Shown here: piece after piece, positions 10,131 through 20,895 of the stretch | Layout of the letters: the number at the start of each line of letters is the position of its first letter | Numbering within the stretch: position 1 is the first letter of the stretch | DNA from: Ginkgo biloba | Taxonomy: Eukaryota > Plantae > Ginkgophyta | NCBI GenBank assembly: GCA_024626585.2 | Contig: JANKJI020000002.1 | Location: forward strand, 206,064,141 to 206,085,035 | Direction of reading: 5' to 3' | DNA length: 20,895 nucleotides | Notes under the pieces: model-generated | What the model was told of the DNA's origin: nothing | Database searches by the model: none | What the model saw: only the letters and a program-made list of their open reading frames with translations | Translations under genes and position numbers: made by a program

Positions 10131-11156
10131 GAACATGGCATATCACTCTTTCTAAAACCCTGAACGACTAAAACTCTAAACATGAAAGGACCAAAATCTT
10201 GAAAGGAGTGGTGGCTAATGCCACATAGATATGACATATGGATTCATGGAATCAAACTTTGGTCACATTAATGATCCATTATTAAAATTANNNNNNNNNN
10301 NNNNNNNNNNNNNNNNNNNNNNNNNNNNNNNNNNNNNNNNNNNNNNNNNNNNNNNNNNNNNNNNNNNNNNNNNNNNNNNNNNNNNNNNNNNNNNNNNNNN
10401 NNNNNNNNNNNNNNNNNNNNNNNNNNNNNNNNNNNNNNNNNNNNNNNNNNNNNNNNNNNNNNNNNNNNNNNNNNNNNNNNNNNNNNNNNNNNNNNNNNNN
10501 NNNNNNNNNNNNNNNNNNNNNNNNNNNNNNNNNNNNNNNNNNNNNNNNNNNNNNNNNNNNNNNNNNNNNNNNNNNNNNNNNNNNNNNNNNNNNNNNNNNN
10601 NNNNNNNNNNNNNNNNNNNNNNNNNNNNNNNNNNNNNNNNNNNNNNNNNNNNNNNNNNNNNNNNNNNNNNNNNNNNNNNNNNNNNNNNNNNNNNNNNNNN
10701 NNNNNNNNNNNNNNNNNNNNNNNNNNNNNNNNNNNNNNNNNNNNNNNNNNNNNNNNNNNNNNNNNNNNNNNNNNNNNNNNNNNNNNNNNNNNNNNNNNNN
10801 NNNNNNNNNNNNNNNNNNNNNNNNNNNNNNNNNNNNNNNNNNNNNNNNNNNNNNNNNNNNNNNNNNNNNNNNNNNNNNNNNNNNNNNNNNNNNNNNNNNN
10901 NNNNNNNNNNNNNNNNNNNNNNNNNNNNNNNNNNNNNNNNNNNNNNNNNNNNNNNNNNNNNNNNNNNNNNNNNNNNNNNNNNNNNNNNNNNNNNNNNNNN
11001 NNNNNNNNNNNNNNNNNNNNNNNNNNNNNNNNNNNNNNNNNNNNNNNNNNNNNNNNNNNNNNNNNNNNNNNNNNNNNNNNNNNNNNNNNNNNNNNNNNNN
11101 NNNNNNNNNNNNNNNNNNNNNNNNNNNNNNNNNNNNNNNNNNCTAGTGTTTCTAGT

Positions 11157-11965
11157 ATAAAAATTTGATTAGAGTTCATTTAAGTGAAAGTTCATTGTGA
11201 TCATATTATATCAAGCATTGATAGCATATTATGATGTTAAGGTGATTGAATTTATGAGGATGTTATCATACATGTTAAATGTCTTACTTCCTTTTGTGTT
11301 CTTGTACTAAATATCTCTAAATATAAAGAACCGATATGCTATTTTGGATCAAGTTACTACTATTCTAAGAAGAACAAACTTTTGGTTTTATGCTTTCAGT
11401 GTTGCTATATCTTATTACCTAAAAGGATTGGTTTATGGAATCCAAAGAAATTTCTTCTTTGTTTTATTTACTTTTTTAGAGTTGTTGTAGACTTATAAAG
11501 GCAAGTCAATTGTATGCCATTCTGATGTTGGATGCTAAGAGTTATTTGAGATAATAATGGTTTTATTATTATTCAGTTATTTCTTTTATCATTTTTTTCC
11601 TCTTTACTATTCCACCCTACTCTATTGTTAGTGCTTGAATATTTGACACTCCATCTAGGGTGCATTAATAACATTTTTTTTTACCCCTCATATTTTTCTT
11701 ATTTATTTTGTTATANNNNNNNNNNNNNNNNNNNNNNNNCACTAGAATAAAATTAAAATAAGTACCAAACATTTATGAGTATCATTACATCTAGCTTATA
11801 CTCTAATTTTGTAATTAGGGAATCACCCCTAATAATAGCTAAGGAAATTCATCTTCCCCTTTATTGTTGTTTTTGTGATACCATCATCTTGGGGAATATG
11901 ATCATACTCATTTCCATCATTGTTACACAAATTCTTGTCAATAGAGCTAAAAACCATACTAGGGA
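11157..11965 (+). mobile_element. Probable 5' LTR remnant and degenerate PBS of the downstream gag-protease element
   Basis: A TATA-like TAAATATAAAG lies at ~11318 and a candidate LTR end TGTCAATA (for TGTCAACA) at ~11943. It is followed by AAAACCATACTAGGGA, interpretable as a G>A/C>T-decayed GGCGCCGTTGCCGGGGA-type PBS of Athila/Tat elements. gag begins ~340 bp downstream. Confidence 0.4.
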
Positions 11966-12300
11966 TTATTGATGATCAATGTGTCTATAATTGATTATTC
12001 AACTTAGATGAAGAAGAAAAACCCGATACCAGGGTAGATAAATCATGAGGCATACTATAACGATCTTTCTTAGTGCCAAAGGAAGAAGGGTCAATGAATT
12101 GTAGAACTCCTATGATTAAATTCTTTATTCCAATCTTCCCTCTTGATTGTCCATCTTCTTCTTATTTCTCTTATCTACCTCTTTGTAGATTAAGGTATCT
12201 CTCAACCACTCATTCAAAGTTATAAATTTCTTTACTTTCAAGAACTCCCTCTCCCCCACCTACTTCTCAAGTCTCACCTCGTCAAATTACTCCAACATAA

Positions 12301-12830
12301 ATGAAAAATCCTTGGATTAAGATCAAGCCTCTAAATCTAGGAGAAAATCTTGATGCCCTACTAGCTAAAGATAAAGAGTACCTCTTTCATTTCAAAGGAG
12401 ATGGATCAATCAGCTCGTAGGAATATATGGTAACTTTTTTAAAGGATTGTACCACATTAGCTCTCACTTCAAAGAACATTATCATCAGTCTAGTTGTACA
12501 AACATTTGAAGATGGAGCTCTATTTTGGTTTAATTCTTTATCGATAAATTCTATCATAAATTAGGTGGGATTGTTCATATAATTTAAGAACAAATAAAGT
12601 GTCCTATTCAAGAACCATGCAATATTGAAATATCTAATGACTATTTTCAAAGGTGAATCAAAATTGATCAAGTAATTTTATTTTCAATTCAACTAAGAAA
12701 AGAGAATGATTTCAATGCAATTGATGCTAAATAATGATATTTTTTTTAATTTTACATATAATAATTGGATAAAAAATGATTTATAGCCTTAAATATAAAG
12801 GTATTGATAATCTGGAAGATGCTATGATGA
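12301..12830 (+). pseudogene. gag: Retrotransposon gag (Retrotrans_gag domain), Ty3/gypsy non-chromovirus, degenerate
   Basis: Reads MKNPWIKIKPLNLGENLDALLAKDKEYLFHFKGDGSISS*EYMVTF..ISLVVQTFEDGALFWFNSLSINSIIN*VGL..F, matching PLxL..LP..YLPxFxGDG..EH..F..RLFxQT..AxxWFxxLPxxSIxxW. Confidence 0.85.
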
Positions 12831-13469
12831 CTTCCTTAATAATCAAGAATCAAGAATAACCTAGTTGAGTCTACCAATATTACCTTTCCTTTATCTTCTA
12901 AAATCAAGGAAGAAAAGGTGGATAATACCCATCAAGTTGAATCTCCCAAAAACCTAATCTTGATTCAAAATAGTAGTAACAAGATTACATATTTGAAGAT
13001 GCATATGAGAGAGGGTAAAGGTCCCATCTATCATCCAAATTGGAATTAATTCTAAGAACTAAGCTAGAAAGCACCACAAAGGTTTCCCTTACTTCCCACC
13101 AATGTCATATTTCCATCATATTATAGGTTCAATTAGGAGGATCACTAAGAATAAAACTTTTTATGTTTATTGAGGTTTCGTGAATTATCAAAGTAGCCAA
13201 TGGAGAGACTAGGGTTGGGTACCTCCAATACCATTTCTATGATTGTAGCAAGTTAGAAATAATCTAATATGATCAACCAAGATGGATAGGGTGAAGAAGA
13301 GATCTTAGGAGAGATGATAGTTCAAACCTAAATAAGGGATAAAAAATTCTAAGAAAATAATGTAGTATAGGATCAACTATCAACATCGGAGTCTTATCCT
13401 ACTAAGAAAGATTTTCTACCTTAGCATAGACTAGATTGACTCAAGAGATTTTAGAATGATTCTCCCATA

Positions 13470-13910
13470 GGATATAATGTAGTCAACTATATTACTAAAT
13501 ATTTAGTGAGTTCGACCCTATTGGATGCATTAAAATCCATCCTAGATGGAGAAACTGAATAAATCCTTATAAGAAAATGTTATTACTCTTCCCTTATGGG
13601 ATTTTAGATAAAAATATATATAGATTTTCCAATTTTAACTACAAGTTGGATTTTTATTAAAAGTTTACAAAAAATAATTTGGATCTTAAAACTTGACATT
13701 TTATGTATCATTGAAAATATAGGATTTTGTGTTGAAAAACTTTATGAAGGATACTAGAGCAACTCATAACATAATTCCTTATAGTATTATGAAAAGACTG
13801 GGTTTCGAATGTACTAGGTCCTTTGTCCATGTGTTGGCAATGGATTCAAGACTAGTCAAAATTATAGTAATGACACATGATTTATGTTTTCAAATAAATT
13901 TGAACCTCCT
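13470..13910 (+). pseudogene. pol: gag-pol linker and aspartic protease of the same element, truncated
   Basis: Linker YNVVNYITKYLVSSTLLDALK, then FYVSLK..GFVLKNFMKDTRATHNIIPYSIMKRLGFECTRSFVHVLAMDSRLV (catalytic DTG mutated to DTR at 13750-13758). Confidence 0.85.
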
Positions 13911-14074
13911 CCTCTTTGATTAGTTTCATAAAAAAATTGGATAAACTTGAATTGATGTCTTTCCATGTGAATAAGTAAGAATGAATTAAAAAATGACTTA
14001 GATTAGATTACATAACCACTATAATACTTATGTATGTCATCTCATTTTATTGCATATCATTGTCAAATTCAAAT

Positions 14075-14240
14075 AACACATTTTTTTATTAATGTGTTCA
14101 TATGCCATTAACATGTGTAACATAATTCTATCATGTGGTTGCATCCCATTAACATGCATAATTCATTTTATATAATGTTTTCACATCCCATTAGCATATA
14201 TAAATCAATTTTTATCACATGTTCATGCCCCATAAACAAA
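14075..14240 (+). repeat. ~41-42 bp minisatellite, about 4 degenerate copies
   Basis: The core CCATTAACAT / CCATTAACAT / CCATTAGCAT / CCATAAACAA occurs at 14105, 14146, 14188 and 14230, each preceded by an ATGT..TCA/TGCA-like lead-in. Confidence 0.75.
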
Positions 14241-14501
14241 GCCTCTGTGTTGACTTAAAAATAAAATTGTGTGTGTGATGAATGAGACTATGAATAAAAA
14301 TAATTTATAGGAGATAAAAAAGGACTTAAATTTTAATGGTAAGACTTAACAAAACATAATAACTAATTTGATGAAATGTGATTAGTTGATTGAGACCATG
14401 GGAGTTTAATAGTATTTATCATGTATTTGTATTTTATATTATTTTTTATTTTAATCCTTCCTCGTGATGAAAAAATATCATGTGCTAATAATGGAAAAAA
14501 T

Positions 14502-14541
14502 GCTCTTCTTCGANNNNNNNNNNGGAGAAAAAATTTCTAGT
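14502..14541 (+). mobile_element. Candidate Helitron 3' terminus (hairpin remnant plus CTAG|T)
   Basis: GCTCTTCTTCGA-N10-GGAGAAAAAATTTCTAG|T: the arms TTCTTC and GGAGAA could pair across the gap, and CTAG (14537-14540) is followed by T. The hairpin centre is unsequenced. Confidence 0.3.
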
Positions 14542-15299
14542 AGAGGGCATTTAATTCACACATCACCAAATTAATTAGATTTGATTTGTTGTTAGGAAAG
14601 GAATGGACATTGCAGAGACATTTGTATCTACGCAAACTGGCAAACAAGTTTCCACACCCTAGGATACTCAAGTTAGGTCATAGCCAGAGCAGGATGACAC
14701 CCAAGAGAACACACAAGTTTGTTCCAAAGGTATACCAGAAGGTGAGTCCAGTACTCTTCCCCATCCTATAANNNNNNNNNNNNNNNNNNNNNNNNNNNNN
14801 NNNNNNNNNNNNNNNNNNNNNNNNNNNNNNNNNNNNNNNNNNNNNNNNNNNNNNNNNNNNNNNNNNNNNNNAAGGTTATTTTTGGCATTGTAAAGGTCCT
14901 CTTTTCACCATAAACTTAGGATAGGGTCTCCTTTTATCTCCTTGTGGGTTTTTTATGTCTTCTACACAATAGAGACCACTTCAATAATATAGTGATTTGA
15001 TTCTAACATAGGTAGCTTATAAATAGAGAATCATTCTTGCATCCCATAAAGATAAAATAAGTGGTGATTATCATAATCANNNNNNNNNNNNNNNNNNNNN
15101 NNNNNNNNNNNNNNTTTAAATATTTTATTATGCATTTAGCTCGATAGGATTTAGGTTTGAATTGGGATCTTGAAACCCCATTTTTCAAGACAAAACTTTT
15201 GAAATATTTTTGGGGACTGAGAATACCCTACACATATTTTAGTTTTTATTTTCCATTTCCATATCACATTTTTTTATGAAGACTCATTCCCATCAATAA

Positions 15300-17700
15300 G
15301 GAATTCACCAATCGAGGAGGCAATAAGGCCTCCATCTTGAGTATAATTCTTTAGCCAGGTCTTAAAGACCTATTGAAGAGATGAATCCCTCATCTCCTTG
15401 AGATTCTACTTTGATGCATTAACCATTTATTAGTGAAACCTCCACCTCTTCTCCTAATCCTAACAATTAAGAGAGGGATATCATAGTGTTCCAAAATTTA
15501 TATCAAACATACTGGGGAACTTCATATCCATATGTTAATCCAAATGACCATGCCAAATATGATAGGTAATCTAATACACATAGAACTTGAGAATTGAAAA
15601 ATCCCCATCAATAATTACTTAGTCCATTTAATACTTTTAGTCCTTTCCAAACTAAGGAATCCACACCCTTTTAGATAACACAATCATTAAATAATCAAGT
15701 TACACCCCCTTTACCTTTCACATGAGTATCAAGGAGTTTCACTTTTTATGGTTTTCAAAACCTCTATGTGGGATATCATAATATTTCCTTTTTTTCACCA
15801 TATTTTCTACCATTATAAGGCCAAATTCTATTTTCCTATCGTTATAGATCCACTAACCCTATTAGTTTATCTATTCCTATATCCATTCCCTATACAAGAG
15901 TTCCATACAAAAATTTGTTCATGTACCATTCAAACCCCTATGGGAATCTAACTTAGGTCATTTTCACAAATGCTAATATGAGTTTTTCACCTATAATATC
16001 ATCAACTAATACTCAACAAAATTCTACCAATGACACCCTTGCTCCAAAATAGGGGGCATTCGTCTGGCCGATAATCCAAATTTAAAAATCATACACAAAC
16101 TATATGAAAAGTTGATCTTATCTCATAAGTCGATTCATATGGTCCTATTACCTAACCCCCCTCCTAAACTCCCCAAATTTGATGGGTCTCTAAGAAGTGA
16201 TATAGTAATGCATAGATGCATACATGATAACATGTGTCAAATATATGCCTTATGATGGCATCATTCTCAAGAGGTTTCTAAGGACTTTGACTAGATAATC
16301 TCTTAAATTATTCTATCATCTTTCAAAGGAATCTATATCCACTTTTCAATAAATGGTTGACCTATTTGTTTAGTAGTTTGATGANNNNNNNNNNNNNNNN
16401 NNTGACATGGGGATCAAATATTTAATGGCCCTCAAACATGCCAACAATGAATCTAATTTTGATTTTATGCAAAGAATTTGGGAGACAACTTTATGATTTA
16501 TTCATGAACTCTCTTCAATGCTAGGTATATTTGGAGGTCCTTAAAGCATGTCTTATATCTTACGATGATGATATTGACAAATGCCTCATTTTGGAGCCAT
16601 ATGAGATATAAGAGGGCATTAAGACCTTTAAATATTTTAATAGTACTATGTCTATCCATAGAAATAAACATACAACGAGTGATAGGGTCTCATATTTAAT
16701 ACCCTTAGCTTCCCAAGATCAACTACTTGATCTTATCATGTCTGCTATTAAGAATCTTAAAAGGACTATAGTTAGTATGTCAAAAACTAATTCACCTACC
16801 AATAAATCTTAGGATAAAAATCCCATGTCTTAAAAAAGTGAGATGAAAATAATCCATATGGATGAAAAAGAGGCAAAGCCATCCTAAAAAGACACAAACT
16901 ATTCTACTAAGAAATCTTCCACTACACTTATGAAGAAACTTCCCTTTGACCCCACTAAGTGATGTGACTACCATAGGTGTCTTGAACATAAAAAATTGAA
17001 TTTATTCACCCTCGTAAAACTGCAAATATATTTTTTCAATTATAATGAGCAAATGTCTAAGCCAAATCAAGCATAAGGGACATATCAAGACCCCTTCCCT
17101 GACCACTCTACCAATAAAAAGGGAAAGGCTAAAGATAATAAGAAAAATAGATCTAAATCCAAACATAAATATTCATTCTCTTTAGAAAAATAAGAGGAAG
17201 ATTAAGAGGAGGAAAAGAATAATCCTAAAATGAATTCAAAGGTTTCTCACTATAAGAAAATTACAGATGGGTATAAAGTTCCTCCCGATCCTAATAGCAA
17301 ATATTCCTCTTCAAAATCTCCAAAAATGGAAGTAAATAAGAAAGGATCCAAGCTCATAAGCTTAATCAAAATAATATCTCAACACCCAGAGGAAATATTG
17401 ATTACCACTCAAGCTCAAGATCGATAAGAGGCTGCACAAGCCTCACAACCATCAAATTCTCCTCCCATTGATGATTTTCCCATCCCTCCATCTAAATAAA
17501 CTATGGACAAACCAATTCCATCATGACTTTTCATAGTCAATTTTTGACACCCTCTTCCCTAAATTATGCAAGGGAAGAACTATTATATTATCGACAAACT
17601 ATACTCAATCTCTTCTAGCATGTACTTAATGGATGTACTTAAAATTTGTCCAGAATAAAGGGTGGCCTTTATTATAGTTTTATCTATTTCTATATCATAT
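15300..17700 (+). pseudogene. gag: Ogre/Tat-like long gag region (Retrotrans_gag core ~16150-16490 and pre-protease linker), degenerate
   Basis: Reads PPPKLPKFDGSLRSDIVMH/DAYMITCVKYMPYDGIILKRFLRTLTR*SLKLFYHLSKESISTFQ*MVDLFV**F, then LMALKHANNESNFDFMQR. QDPFPDH lies at ~17086-17106 and the linker YIIDKLYSISSSMYLMDVLKICPE*RVAF at ~17584-17670. The 5' boundary is approximate. Confidence 0.8.
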
Positions 17701-17711
17701 CTTAGATGTGA

Positions 17712-18150
17712 TGTTGTTGGATGAGAAATATGAGGCATGTCAGAACTAGCTTAGACCAACACCAAAAAGAGTTGGTTCACAGACAAGCAATGAAGAGGAT
17801 TTGGCCAATGATAAAGGTATACACCAACATGAGTCATACCACTTATAAAGGTTGGGGTAGACCTCATTAGTGATTCACCAACATAATTAGGGAAGACCAA
17901 CATCACCTCATCGATATCCATTGAAGTTTCTCACCGATGTCGATATAGGAGTTTAACACAAGTCTTCGACTTATCTTATTCATTATAACTACTATGATAG
18001 TTATTTAACCATATGAACCTTGTATATATACTTGACGTAGGATAGGAGAAGATAGTATGAGAATGTACTATGATGTAATGATGTATGTACTTATGCCTTG
18101 TAATATCTGAATCAATAATATAAGGATTGGATGTTTTTTCATAAATATAT
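17712..18150 (+). mobile_element. Probable (solo) LTR interrupting the Ogre-like element before its protease
   Basis: Composition switches abruptly at TGTTGTTGG. A TATA-like TGTATATATAC lies at ~18021, followed by TTGTAA..AATAATA, a typical R/U5 signal. No TSD was recognised and the end is uncertain. Confidence 0.45.
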
Positions 18151-18806
18151 GTATAGTGTCTAATGTATATAAATGTTAAGGTAAGAGTTGATGGATTCCT
18201 TTTGAAAGCCCAAAAATTCCTAAGTAATGAAGTGAGGTTTACAAACCCAAATCTAGATAAAGTAAAATTAATATAAATTTTGACTCTATATAGGTTTATG
18301 GGATTAAAAGGATGCACTCAATTCCTTTTTTATTAAAAGTCCTAGTGTATCACATTCTTGAATGGAAAATAAACACCAAATCATGAAAGATCTGTATCCA
18401 AGTTTCAACAGAAAAGTAATTTTAGAGTTTAGAGTTAGAGAAAATTTGGGAGTATATATAACAAGGAATTTTATTGCAACCCTATAGAATTGAAGGATGA
18501 TGTATATCCAATTCATTAAAGACTCACTCCTAGTCCTCATGGTGGTCATGTTCAAAGTTTAAAATTTAGGCATTTAACTCATAGGATATCAAGGGAAAGA
18601 ATAAATGGATGAAAATTATTGAAAATCACCTTATCATGATATGTGTCACTATGATATCACATCGTATCAATTGGGTTATATACAACTCATTTTAAAGATA
18701 AAATATNNNNNNNNNNNNNNNNNNNNNNNNNNNNNNNNNNNNNNNNNNNNNNNNNNNNNNNNNNNNNNNNNNNNNNNNNNNNNNNNNNNNNNNNNNNNNN
18801 NNNNNN

Positions 18807-20150
18807 AGGAAATACTTGTTATTAAAGGATATAAGCAACAATATGGCATTAATTACTAAGAAACATTCGCTCTAGTTATAAAGATGAACACAATTCATAT
18901 CATCCTTTCTTTAGTTTCTTAGTTGAATTGGCATCTATATCAGATGGATGTGAAAAGTGACTTCCTAAATAAAGACTTGTCATAAGAGGTGTAGATGAAG
19001 AAACCACCTATTTATGTGCATAAGGGGAAGGAGANNNNNNNNNNNNNNNNNNNNNNNNNNNNNNNGAAGGCTCTGTATGGGTTGAAGCAAGCACCAAGGG
19101 CCTGGTATAAGAAGATTGATAGATACTTCTTGAACACTAGATTTTTGATATATTCTATCTATTCAAACTTGTATATGAAGGTATAAGACTCAAAGTCTAT
19201 GACCTTCATGGTAATGTATGTTGATGATTTTCTAATCACTGGGAATGATAGTGGAATGATCTTAGACCTAAGTTAGAATTTACATGGGCTTGCTACATTA
19301 TTTTGTGAGAGTGGAAGTGTGGAAAATGCCTAGAAGAGTATTCATGTCACAGGCATAATATATGTAATAAGTTCGAAGAAAATTCAAAATGGAATAATGC
19401 AAGACTATGTGTACCTTGATGGAGACTATCAAAAAGCTCCTAGTGTAGGATGAAGGTGTATACATAGATGGCACATTATAAAGATAGATGGTTAGAAGTC
19501 TAATCTATTTGACCATAACTAGGTCAGACATAGATTTTATGGTTGGGATTATTTCTAAACTCATGGTAGATCCAAAGAAAATCCATTGGTTAGTTGCAAA
19601 GTAGATTCTAAGATATCTGTAAGGAATATTAGAATATGGACTTAAGTTTGTCCAGAATGATGACTTCAATTTATAAGGATACANNNNNNNNNNTCAGATT
19701 GGGATAGATGTGATGACATGAGGAGATATACATCTAGCCACTCTTTTAGTATGGGATTAGCTACAATGACCTAGATTAGTAAGAAGCAAATGAACATAAC
19801 CCTTTCCTCAATAGAAGAATAATACAAAGATACAATTATAGTTACATCATAAGCCATCTGGTTGAGACAAGCTCTTGGTGATATGGGACTGGATCACGAA
19901 GAAGTAATGAGGTTGTATTGTGATAATCAAAGTTTAATAAAGCTGGAAAAGAATCTCGTATTCCATATGAGGACCAAGCACATTGAAGTTCATCATAATT
20001 TAATCTATGAGATGATATAAAATGGGGACATTGAGTTAGTGTACAAGCCTACTAAAGATCAAATTACTGAAATATTCACCAAACATATGGCTCAGGACAA
20101 ATTTGAAAAGTTTAAGGATGGTATTAGTGTGAAATGTAATGATATAAACA
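18807..20150 (+). pseudogene. pol: Ty1/copia pol: reverse transcriptase (RVT_2) and RNase H, inactivated (Ivana/Ale-like)
   Basis: Reads LVIKGYKQQYGINY*ETFA, QMDVKSDFLN, KALYGLKQAPRAWY, MYVDDFLITG (YVDD at 19217-19228), MGLLHYF..EVW, SDW, SKKQ..LSSIEE*Y, LYCDNQS..NLVFHMRTKHIEVHHN, DQITEIFTK. There are many stops and a small deletion before GLLHYF. Confidence 0.97.
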
Positions 20151-20161
20151 TTAAGGTGAAG
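20151..20161 (+). other. Degenerate polypurine tract of the copia element
   Basis: TTAAGGTGAAG (compare TTAAGGGGGAG) lies between the RNase H end and TGTTAG. Confidence 0.7.
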
Positions 20162-20524
20162 TGTTAGAAATATTTATTTAATGTAATGTTTACATATTGA
20201 ATTATTATAAATAGGGTCATGAACAAATTTCATGAGACCTATATCCTTTAGGAAGGTTAAAGGGTCATTAGAGTGAGTCATAGTTGGGTCAACACCTNNN
20301 NNNNNNNNNNNNNNNNNNNNNNNNNNNNNNNNNNNNNNNNNNNNNNNNNNATGTGTTATGTATAGAACTAATAGTTAAAATTTTGTAAGTGTATATATTC
20401 AACATGAGGGTATGTATAAATTTAATATAGAGTGAATGAACAATCGGTAGACCAATTCTGCCAATTTGGTATTTTTGTTGATTTGTGGAGTGTTAAGATA
20501 ATTTTAGCATTTTGTTTCACAACA
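20162..20524 (+). mobile_element. 3' LTR of the Ty1/copia element (~360 bp including a gap)
   Basis: Starts TGTTAG immediately after the PPT. The candidate end ..TTTCACAACA gives TGTT...AACA inverted termini. Confidence 0.7.
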
Positions 20525-20895
20525 ATCATGTCTATTGGTTTCTTATTCTCTTTATGATTCTATTGATATAGTAATTTTGGCTCCTTCTCTAGGNNNNNNN
20601 NNNNNNNNNNNNNNNNNNNNNNNNNNNNNNNNNNNNNNNNNNNNNNNNNNNNNNNNNNNNNNNTTATTATTAGACCTTTGTCTCCTCTTGCCTATGTCAC
20701 TATAATAATTGGTAGAAGAATTTCATTAAGATAAAGTAGTAGATCATGTATTTTAAATAGGATAAGAATTCTTCTTGGCCTTTTCTTTATCTCCATGAGA
20801 ATATTTTTTCTTAGCTTCAATCTTAGAGGAAAATCTATAGGCCTCCTAAATGGATTGAAGAGGAAATAAATTCAATTCATGTCTCACCTCTTGAT

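Noticed and set aside
6147-11179. Long ORFs of 206-309 aa in the ORF track (6147-6773, 6164-6784, 10231-11160, 10268-11179)
   Set aside because: They are almost entirely N-gap read-through, so they are artefacts.
14075-14240. Regularly spaced repeats as a CRISPR-like array
   Set aside because: Whole units are degenerate tandem copies without unique spacers, the context is eukaryotic TE sequence, and there are no cas genes.
14586-18555. Short ORFs (14586, 15003, 15748, 16792, 17230, 17976, 18304) as novel small genes
   Set aside because: They have no recognisable domains, lie in degenerate gag or LTR sequence, and have lengths expected by chance. 17230-17427 is most likely part of the gag linker.

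Overview
AT-rich eukaryotic genomic DNA from a gappy draft assembly, with many N runs (six are exactly 100 N). It is almost certainly a large-genome land plant; the retroelement styles suggest a gymnosperm (inference). The window is an intergenic graveyard of old, stop- and frameshift-riddled transposons, and I find no intact host gene, RNA gene or CRISPR array. Recognisable retroelement pieces are: three minus-strand Ty3/gypsy chromovirus (CRM-like) fragments (protease; protease-RT; integrase C-terminus plus chromodomain); plus-strand Tat/Ogre-like fragments (RNase H-integrase; gag-protease; a second gag); and the 3' end of a Ty1/copia element (RT, RNase H, PPT, 3' LTR). There are also two CACTA-like DNA transposon ends, degenerate tandem repeats and a possible Helitron 3' end. 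The most unusual segment is a ~530-bp non-TE-like, CpG/CHG-retaining island (4126-4660) dense in plant transcription-factor motifs (ABRE, paired RY, TCP, SBP, TGA), a candidate unmethylated distal regulatory element. I see no convincing evidence for a new multi-gene system. All protein assignments are by-eye motif recognition, not database searches.
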